Source: an uncultured archaeon
GTDB taxonomy: Archaea; Aenigmatarchaeota; Aenigmatarchaeia; GW2011-AR5
Assembly (NCBI GenBank): GCA_964373255.1
Contig: CAYJTG010000003.1
Span: 25,759 to 89,758 of the forward strand
Direction of reading: 5' to 3'
DNA length: 64,000 bases
Shown: piece by piece, positions 49,542-56,199 of the stretch
Numbering within the stretch: position 1 is the stretch's first letter
Layout of the letters: every line of letters begins with the position of its first letter
Notes under the pieces: model-generated
Databases searched by the model: none
What the model saw: only the letters and a program-made list of their open reading frames with translations
What the model was told of the DNA's origin: nothing
Position numbers and translations under genes: made by a program

Positions 49542-49600
49542 ATTTGCATATGTTTGAGAAAAATGTTTAAATACCGATTATTTAGATAGGATTCCATATT

Positions 49601-49700
49601 CGTATGATGATGGTCGACGTGAGAGGCATTATCTGTCGATAATGCCTCTAGCTGACATATACGTCAACTGACGTATATGTCTACGTCGACCATCATACTT
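49601..49700. repeat. Structured palindromic element: an outer inverted repeat enclosing two perfect 12-bp hairpins with 4-nt loops.
   Basis: Outer arms CGTATGATGATGGTCGACGTG (49601-49621) and TACGTCGACCATCATACT (49683-49700). Hairpin 1 AGAGGCATTATC-tgtc-GATAATGCCTCT (49622-49649). Hairpin 2 GACATATACGTC-aact-GACGTATATGTC (49654-49681). Confidence 0.6.
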
Positions 49701-49716
49701 TAATGGAATTCCATCA

Positions 49717-50829
49717 TTATTTGCCAATAATTCTTGTTATCTTTGGCAAAAGAAACCGTGCAAGTTTGAATTTCGGGAGTTTTTTCCATTCGTCGCTGAG
49801 CTTGTCGTAATCAAAGCCGTCGAGCATGGACAGGACGTAACCAAAATCTTTGAACATCCCATCGATTTCTTTGTTTGTCAGTTTTCTGTATATCATTCTC
49901 AGCATATACTGCTTCTCTATTTCCCATGCTATATCCTTTTTCCACATTTTTTCATAGCTGCTGAGAAAATGTTTGCTGAACGTACCTTCTTTCAGCGCGC
50001 TGTTTATTACATCAGCGGCGTGCTGCGCCGCCATCATCGAGTACATTATTCCGCCTCCAGTCAGCGGCTTATTCTGGCCGCACGCGTCGCCTATCAGGAG
50101 CGCGTTGTTCTCGTAGCTTTTTGTGTAAGTGTACGGTATCATGTAGGCGTACATCTTACCCGGTGGCAGGTACGTTTTCTTGACAAAATAGTCAAAGTAA
50201 TCTTTTGGCCGTACGCACGTCATTATTCCGTACTCGTTGTTTTGCGGTATAATCCAAGAAAAGAAATCCGGCGAGAAATATTTGTTGAAAAATACGCTTA
50301 TGTCGCCTTCCATTTTTTGCCGTGTCTTCACCATTATACCCAGCGCGACTTTTGGATTTTCTATATTCATTGCACGCCTTACAACAGAATTAGTGCCGTC
50401 ACACCCGACGACAATTTTTGCCCTGTATTCTTCGTCTTTTGTCTTAACGACCGCACAGTTTTCAGCAAACTTGACCGATTCGACGGTTTCATAAGAAATG
50501 TCTGCATTTTTCCTTGCGTTTTTTCTAAGAGACCTGCCGAACATTTTCCTTCTGAGTATGTATGCGTAAGGCTCGTCTGACTGAAGGGAAAACGTGTGCC
50601 CGGAAGGCGATACGCATTCCATTTTGTTTATTCTGAATTTTACAAGCTTTTTGGCAGAACCACCAAAAATGTTGTCGAACCTTGTAGAAACTATGCCGCT
50701 GTCCTTTGGAATTACTTTTCTGTTTTGCTCCAAAATAAGCACGCTATACTTTGGGTTTATCCTTGACGCCAGGTAGCTTCCAGCGATACCGGCACCGGCA
50801 ATAACAACGTCGTACATGACAACACTCAT
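49717..50829 (-). CDS. FAD-dependent geranylgeranyl reductase family protein. Candidate polyprenol / dolichol reductase.
   Basis: 'YDVVIAGAGIAGSYLA' FAD-binding site. 370 aa. GGR/FixC-like. Confidence 0.72.
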   Translation of the reverse strand: MSVVMYDVVIAGAGIAGSYLASRINPKYSVLILEQNRKVIPKDSGIVSTRFDNIFGGSAKKLVKFRINKMECVSPSGHTFSLQSDEPYAYILRRKMFGRSLRKNARKNADISYETVESVKFAENCAVVKTKDEEYRAKIVVGCDGTNSVVRRAMNIENPKVALGIMVKTRQKMEGDISVFFNKYFSPDFFSWIIPQNNEYGIMTCVRPKDYFDYFVKKTYLPPGKMYAYMIPYTYTKSYENNALLIGDACGQNKPLTGGGIMYSMMAAQHAADVINSALKEGTFSKHFLSSYEKMWKKDIAWEIEKQYMLRMIYRKLTNKEIDGMFKDFGYVLSMLDGFDYDKLSDEWKKLPKFKLARFLLPKITRIIGK

Positions 50830-50877
50830 TCACTAAAAATTATTAAAGATTATAAGTGCAAGTTGCTTGTAATGCTC

Positions 50878-50889
50878 CCGTAATTACGG
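50878..50889. promoter_or_regulatory. Perfect 12-bp palindrome CCGTAATTACGG, about 30 nt upstream of secF. Candidate transcription-factor site.
   Basis: Read directly from the sequence. Located in the GGR / secF divergent intergenic region. Confidence 0.25.
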
Positions 50890-50919
50890 CAAGGGATTAA
50901 AAGATGTGCATAGAAGTGC

Positions 50920-51768
50920 ATGTATATGTTCACCGACAAGCACTGGAAAGCATTCATGTGGATAACAATAGTGTTCCTTATCTTTTCTGTTGCGCTGCTG
51001 GCAAACAACATAATAACAACGGGTTCTTTTCTGGAAAGGGATATAGACCTGAGCGGTGGAAAGTTAATAACGGTCGAGGTGAAAGATGCTGACATAGGTA
51101 AAATAAAATCTGCAGTTCCGTATGCAAATGTTCGCCTAACGTCAGGCGCGACAAGGTTCCTGCTTGTGGAAATGCCTTTTGGTGCCGATGAAAATGACGT
51201 GCTCGAACAGATAAGAAATATTGCTGTCCTGCAGGGTGAGCCTAGCATACGCATCGTAGGTCCTTCAATCGGCAACATTTTTTTTCAGCAAGCACAGACG
51301 GCTATGATCGCTGCATTTGTGCTGATGGCGATTACGGTTTTCATGCTCTTCAGGGCAGTAGTTCCGTCGTTGATCGTGCTTTTTGCCGCACTGACAGATA
51401 TTCTGGGCACGATGGCTGTACTTTCTATAATAGATATGCCGTTGTCATTGCCCGTGATAGGTGCGCTACTTGCCTTGATAGGTTATTCTGTCAGCACCGA
51501 CATACTGCTGACAACAGAACTGCTAAAAAGCGGCAGAACCGACTATTCTAAAAGCATAAGAAAAGCTGCGAAAACCGGGATAACCTTAACCGGGACTGCG
51601 CTGATAGCTTTGGTGTGTATGTTCTTCCTAGCTGGTTCGACTGTGATACAGCAGATTGCCCTTGTAATGCTCATAGGCCTGGTAATAGACATGCCTGCTA
51701 CGTGGTTCACGAATGCCGGTGTGCTTCGGTTGTGGATAGAGAGAAAGCAAAGGGGTGCTCAGCGATGA
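50920..51768 (+). CDS. secF: Protein-export membrane protein SecF.
   Basis: 282 aa. Six TM helices and a periplasmic loop. Overlaps the secD start (ATGA). Confidence 0.82.
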   Translation: MYMFTDKHWKAFMWITIVFLIFSVALLANNIITTGSFLERDIDLSGGKLITVEVKDADIGKIKSAVPYANVRLTSGATRFLLVEMPFGADENDVLEQIRNIAVLQGEPSIRIVGPSIGNIFFQQAQTAMIAAFVLMAITVFMLFRAVVPSLIVLFAALTDILGTMAVLSIIDMPLSLPVIGALLALIGYSVSTDILLTTELLKSGRTDYSKSIRKAAKTGITLTGTALIALVCMFFLAGSTVIQQIALVMLIGLVIDMPATWFTNAGVLRLWIERKQRGAQR

Positions 51769-53381
51769 ATACGTTTTTGAAAAATCCTAGAGTGCTCATA
51801 TGGATTTTTTTCATAGTTGTTTCTATAATTGTTATAGCGCCAAATCCAAATCCACATGGTTTTGTTGTTGTCTCCGTCAACAGAACAATAGTCAACAATA
51901 TTGATCTTGGAGAAGTGATTTACACAGTAGACGACAAACCTGCAACAGCCGACATGTTTAACGATAATTATTTTGGTATAGTCAAAATTGGCACGGGCAA
52001 AGGAATAAAGTATGTGAATCTAAACGGTACGCTCGGCATCGGTGCAAACAGCGTGCCTTCTACAAATATAAGGTTCGGGCTTGACATAAAAGGTGGTGTC
52101 CGTGCCATCCTCGAGCCCAACGTTTCTACAAACGCAACTTTAGATCAGGTAATATCCACGCTTGAGGAGAGAATCAACTTCTATGGTCTGCGCGAGTCTG
52201 TCTTCAAACCGATTTATTACGAGGGTAAAGGCTTCATAGAAGTAAACATAGCAGGCGGCACAAAAGAGGAACTCAAAAATCTTATAGAGAGTCAGGGAAA
52301 CTTCGAGGCCAGGATACCGTTTACCGTATCTGTAACGGGCAACCAATTCGCGCTGAAACTGGACAAAAATTATGCAGTGCCTGTAGAAAATTCTTCCATA
52401 GTTATCGACGGCAAAAATGTACATACCGGCGAGCCGTTTTATTTGTCGGGCATTGATTTCATGCTCAACGACATAAATTCCGGCCGCGTTAACATCACCG
52501 CAAAAGTCTTTGGTGGTGATGACGTAGTCACAGTATTTCTAGATCCGCAGAGAACAAGAATAGAAAAGCTGGCAGACGGCTACAGCTGGACGTTCTCAGT
52601 TCAGCTGAGCAAAACAGGCGCGCAGAAATTTGCATACGTCACAAACAATATCAACCAGCTCGCCACAGGATACCTGGAATCGCCGATAGTCTTTTACCTG
52701 GACGGTAATTTAGTAGATTCTCTCAACATAGCATCATCTCTTAAAGGCAGAACAGAAACAGAGATCGCAATTAGCGGCGGCGCCGACACACAAAAAGAAT
52801 CCTCCCGTGAGATGGTACAGCTGCAGTCGATACTGCGATCGGGCGCGCTCCCGACTACCGTTGAGATTGTCCAGCTTGACACTGTTTCTCCAACCCTTGG
52901 CGCAGGGTTCCTGAAGAGTGCTATCTTTGCTGCGCTTGCTGCGCTGCTTGGCGTCATTATTTTTGTATCGCTGCGGTACAGAAAGCCAAAGCTGGTCGTA
53001 CCGATGATTTTTATATCAATAACAGAAATACTTATTGTCATTGGCGTGTCGACCATTATTGGATGGACGGTTGACCTAGCCGCTATAGCAGGCATAATCG
53101 CGTCAGTCGGCACAGGCATAAGCGACCAGATAATAATTCTTGACCGCGCATTAAGAAAAGAGGGGGAATACGAAGAAACGCTTCATGAAAAAATAAAGAA
53201 GGCGTTCTTTGTCGTTTTCGGCACAGCCGGCACTGTTATTGCGGCGATGCTGCCGCTTATGTTTATCGGCTTCGGGCTGCTGCGCGGCTTCGCACTCATA
53301 ACGATAATAGGCGTGCTTGTAGGAATCCTGGTAACGCGCCCTACCTACGGCGTTATTATTGAACGCCTCATGAAGGAATAG
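51765..53381 (+). CDS. secD: Protein-export membrane protein SecD.
   Basis: Start taken at the Met of MNTFLKNPRV, overlapping the secF stop. Large periplasmic domain followed by a C-terminal six-TM bundle. Confidence 0.82.
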   Translation: MNTFLKNPRVLIWIFFIVVSIIVIAPNPNPHGFVVVSVNRTIVNNIDLGEVIYTVDDKPATADMFNDNYFGIVKIGTGKGIKYVNLNGTLGIGANSVPSTNIRFGLDIKGGVRAILEPNVSTNATLDQVISTLEERINFYGLRESVFKPIYYEGKGFIEVNIAGGTKEELKNLIESQGNFEARIPFTVSVTGNQFALKLDKNYAVPVENSSIVIDGKNVHTGEPFYLSGIDFMLNDINSGRVNITAKVFGGDDVVTVFLDPQRTRIEKLADGYSWTFSVQLSKTGAQKFAYVTNNINQLATGYLESPIVFYLDGNLVDSLNIASSLKGRTETEIAISGGADTQKESSREMVQLQSILRSGALPTTVEIVQLDTVSPTLGAGFLKSAIFAALAALLGVIIFVSLRYRKPKLVVPMIFISITEILIVIGVSTIIGWTVDLAAIAGIIASVGTGISDQIIILDRALRKEGEYEETLHEKIKKAFFVVFGTAGTVIAAMLPLMFIGFGLLRGFALITIIGVLVGILVTRPTYGVIIERLMKE

Positions 53382-53384
53382 AAT

Positions 53385-53475
53385 AGTATCTCCGAAAGTG
53401 AGGTATACGCCTCTTGGCGTATACCTCGGTAGAGGATTACTGCCAACAGGCAGTAATCCAACTTTCGGAGATACT
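53385..53475. repeat. Structured palindromic element with the same architecture as 49601-49700: a perfect 15-bp outer stem enclosing two perfect 11-12-bp hairpins with 4-nt loops.
   Basis: Outer arms AGTATCTCCGAAAGT (53385-53399) and ACTTTCGGAGATACT (53461-53475). Hairpin A GAGGTATACGCC-tctt-GGCGTATACCTC (53400-53427). Hairpin B GGATTACTGCC-aaca-GGCAGTAATCC (53434-53459). Lies between the convergent secD and nac genes. Confidence 0.6.
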
Positions 53476-53484
53476 GTAGAAAGT

Positions 53485-53826
53485 TCATTTTTCTTCTTTC
53501 TCGGCTTCTCTCAGCTCTACGATGGCTTTTGCCAGGTCATTGTCAAGCTCCTCGAGCTTTTTGACGACCGTCTCCCTGTCTTTGCCGGTCTTGTCCATAA
53601 CCATTTTTATGTCGTCCTCGTTGACTGGCACGGACTCCGAGACCTCGCCCGTAACCTGGTAGATGTCGCGGCCCATCATATTAGCCAGCATGACCTCCGG
53701 GTTGGAGATTATTATGCTCTTCGATTTTGTTTTTATGACAACTACGTCCGCAGGAATCTGCTGCACATTCATGTTTAGTTTCTTCATCACCTTTTCAAGC
53801 TTTTTCGGGTCGGGCGCTCCAAACAT
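53485..53826 (-). CDS. nac: Nascent polypeptide-associated complex protein (NAC alpha), with a NAC domain and a C-terminal UBA-like tail.
   Basis: 'KKLEKVMKKLNMNVQQIPADVVVIKTKSKSIIISNPEV...' Start taken at MFGAPD. The ORF track extends the ORF 5' to 53922. Confidence 0.8.
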   Translation of the reverse strand: MFGAPDPKKLEKVMKKLNMNVQQIPADVVVIKTKSKSIIISNPEVMLANMMGRDIYQVTGEVSESVPVNEDDIKMVMDKTGKDRETVVKKLEELDNDLAKAIVELREAEKEEK

Positions 53827-53996
53827 TGTACCACCAATTTGCCTTGGCATTGTCAACTTAAGGAGCACATAGTGGAATCGAAGATTCCACTTGTGCAGGT
53901 GAAGCTTTGCTTCACCATGCATTAGCCGTTGCTAATGCTCCAGAAAGGGGTGTTATCATTTGCCTTTAATTATTTTCATTCCCTAAATTTAAAGGT

Positions 53997-55184
53997 ATGC
54001 TGGAAATATTTTTGTTTCTGGTACTGGGAATTATTCTTGGCATAGTCATGGGGCTGATACCTGGCGTGCATCCCAACATGATTGTCTTGCTGGTTCCGCT
54101 TTTCGCCGCGCTGTCGCTTAACCCGTTCAATATCTTGGCGCTCATTATTTCTATGGGCATAACAAATTCATTTGTAGATTTTGTTCCATCCATCATGCTC
54201 GGCGCCGCAGACCCAGGAAAGGAACTTTCTGTTTTGCCTGGGCACCGTCTGCTATCAGCTGGCCACGGTTACGAGGCCGTGAAACTTGCAGTCGTAGGCG
54301 GCCTAGGCGCTGTCATTTTGGTTTCACTGCTTCTTCCTGTCCTGCTTTTCGCCATCCCGGTAATTTATGATACAATAACGCCTCATATCTATCTTCTCCT
54401 GATATTTGTCGTGCTCCTAATGGTCTTGTCTGAAAACGGGAAGAAGAAAATGCTCGCACTGCTGGTTTTCTTTTTATCAGGTCTGACGGGCATTATGACC
54501 AGCCATCTGCCCGTTGACAGCACGATAATTTTATTTCCTATATTTTCGGGTTACTTTGGTGCGAGCATGCTTTTACTCCAGATACGCAGAAAAACGGCGC
54601 TCCAGCGCCAGACACTGTCGTACGACTTTGTTTCAAAAAAGACGGTGAACAGGTCTGTTATCTCAGGAACGCTAGGCGGCGTAGCATCAGGCTTCCTGCC
54701 TGGCATTGGTTCCAGCGAAATAGCAACATTAGCGACGGTGGATAAAAATGACAGATCTTTTCTTCTCACTATAGGCGCACTCACATCGGCAAATATGATT
54801 CTGTCTGTGCTGAGCCTGTACCTGATAAGCCACTCGCGAAGCGGGCTGGCTGTAGCTATAAGCCAGTTAATTACCCTGACCTTTGCAGATGTAATTTTTA
54901 TCGTTGCCCTGGTGCTGGTTGCCTCTAGCGTATCGGTTGTCGTGACGCTCGTACTGGCGCGTGTGGCTGTAAATTACATTTCAAAAATTAACTACGCTAT
55001 TTTAGGAAAGTTTGTGATTGCAATGATAGTGATCGTGGCGTTTATATTTACAGGTCCTCTTGGTATTTTTCTTCTGGCTGTGTGCACGGCCCTAGGCGTT
55101 TTGACGAATTTTCTCGGGATAAAGCGCGGGAATCTCATGGGTGTGCTCATACTTCCGACGATCTTATTTTACGCTGGCCTGTAG
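53997..55184 (+). CDS. TctA-family (DUF112) polytopic membrane protein. Putative permease.
   Basis: 395 aa. About 10-12 TM helices. Repeated 'GLIPGVHPN' and 'GFLPGIGSSE' motifs, as in TctA. Confidence 0.6.
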   Translation: MLEIFLFLVLGIILGIVMGLIPGVHPNMIVLLVPLFAALSLNPFNILALIISMGITNSFVDFVPSIMLGAADPGKELSVLPGHRLLSAGHGYEAVKLAVVGGLGAVILVSLLLPVLLFAIPVIYDTITPHIYLLLIFVVLLMVLSENGKKKMLALLVFFLSGLTGIMTSHLPVDSTIILFPIFSGYFGASMLLLQIRRKTALQRQTLSYDFVSKKTVNRSVISGTLGGVASGFLPGIGSSEIATLATVDKNDRSFLLTIGALTSANMILSVLSLYLISHSRSGLAVAISQLITLTFADVIFIVALVLVASSVSVVVTLVLARVAVNYISKINYAILGKFVIAMIVIVAFIFTGPLGIFLLAVCTALGVLTNFLGIKRGNLMGVLILPTILFYAGL

Positions 55185-55509
55185 AATGAAATCCTGAAAA
55201 ATGTAATTATAGCATGGTTTTATAGATGTGATAAAACTCTTATAGTGAATCAATTCTATGTTCTGCCAGGATTGCATCAGCATGCAAAGGGAATGCAAAC
55301 AGCTTGTATGAGTTGAAACGACTATTTCTGGCTTTTCATGTAGATATAATGAGCTTTCATGCTGTTTCTTCATAGAAACCGTCAGAAAAATTTCAGCTTA
55401 CTAGTTACAACGAGGAAATAATATTCTGTTTGCCTTCTTGTATTGCTATAAAAACGTTATTTTGCAATGATTCCTATGAAGTAAGTCAGGCTTACTTTAT
55501 TTTTGGAGT

Positions 55510-55695
55510 GTGATAACGATGGGAGACGCATTGGTTGTAAAAAGCAAGGTTCGTGCATGGGCAAAGAAGAAGAAAATGAATCTTGGTGGCGACGCCGTTG
55601 ACGCGCTAAACAAGGAAATTGTAAGGCTTGTTGACCGCGCATCGGAGCGTGCAAAGGCTAATAGAAGGTCGACGATAAAGGGCAGAGACGTTTAA
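55510..55695 (+). CDS. Small histone-fold-like DNA-binding protein, apparently truncated (alpha1-L1-alpha2-L2, no alpha3).
   Basis: 'GDAVDALNKEIVRLVDRASERAKANRRSTIKGRDV' parallels archaeal histone alpha2-L2 '...ASEAIKLARHAGRKTIKAEDI'. 61 aa. Likely start at the Met of MGDAL (about 55519). Confidence 0.45.
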   Translation: MITMGDALVVKSKVRAWAKKKKMNLGGDAVDALNKEIVRLVDRASERAKANRRSTIKGRDV

Positions 55696-55757
55696 AAAGA
55701 TGCTGAAAAGAATACAATATTTTAGTTTTCTTTTTATTTTAATCATGCTAGAAAAAA

Positions 55758-55955
55758 TTACCCGATATAATTTTCATCTTCTTCCGGTGTTGTGTCCTCG
55801 GGCATTTGGTTTTCTGGTGTGTTCTCGAGTTCCGGCTTCCTGCTCCTTCTTATACGCTCGACGGGGCCGAGGTATTTGCTTGTAACCTTCTTCCCGTTCC
55901 TAATAGAAGAATAATAATATTTTCTGCCGTTGATTACCTTTATGTGCCTGTTCAT
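55758..55955 (-). CDS. Small basic protein with an acidic C-terminal tail, 65 aa.
   Basis: 'KVINGRKYYYSSIRNGKKVTSKYLG' beta-hairpin-like basic motif followed by an acidic tail 'EDTTPEEDENYIG'. A MITE copy lies in its upstream region. Confidence 0.35.
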   Translation of the reverse strand: MNRHIKVINGRKYYYSSIRNGKKVTSKYLGPVERIRRSRKPELENTPENQMPEDTTPEEDENYIG

Positions 55956-56060
55956 GCGCTACCACTTTCCGTTCGACTGTAGACATGTCGTGGTCTGCAG
56001 TATTTAAAATTTTAGTTAGCGCAATTGCTAAATCGTAAAACATAAAATGCGTGTAAGATT

Positions 56061-56180
56061 GGCACTGTCACCTTAACGGCTGTTGAAACAAACTGACGCA
56101 CTAAAGTGCGTCTATCTGCTTTGACAACAGCCCTTTCTGGGTGGTTAGCAATGGCTAACCACCCTTAAGTTGACAGTGCC
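56061..56180. mobile_element. MITE-like element, copy 2 (about 120 bp). Same TIRs and core as 1525-1721 but without the ~77-bp internal segment.
   Basis: TIRs GGCACTGTCACC (56061-56072) and GTTGACAGTGCC (56169-56180). Flanking direct repeat TAAGATT / AAAGATT. Confidence 0.55.
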
Positions 56181-56199
56181 TGAAAGATTGAAGAAAATG

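Noticed and set aside
49969-50580. 203-aa ORF on the plus strand inside the GGR-like gene.
   Set aside because: Shadow ORF antisense to a gene with a clear FAD-binding signature.
53385-53475. The three-stem palindromic region considered as a tRNA or tRNA fragment.
   Set aside because: The stems are 11-15 bp perfect duplexes with 4-nt loops. There is no 7-nt anticodon loop, no T-loop GTTCRA motif, no D-loop and no CCA context. The architecture does not fit a tRNA cloverleaf.
55164-55373. 69-aa ORF on the minus strand in the 325-bp intergenic region upstream of the histone-like gene.
   Set aside because: It lies in an AT-rich promoter-like region, has no start context and no similarity to anything. 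Probably non-coding. I also saw no clear SRP-RNA, RNase-P or C/D-box signatures in this region.
1525-56180. Possibility that the two near-identical ~100-bp segments are CRISPR repeats.
   Set aside because: There are only two copies, 54 kb apart. They are much longer than CRISPR repeats, carry terminal inverted repeats and flanking direct repeats, and have no spacer array and no cas genes.
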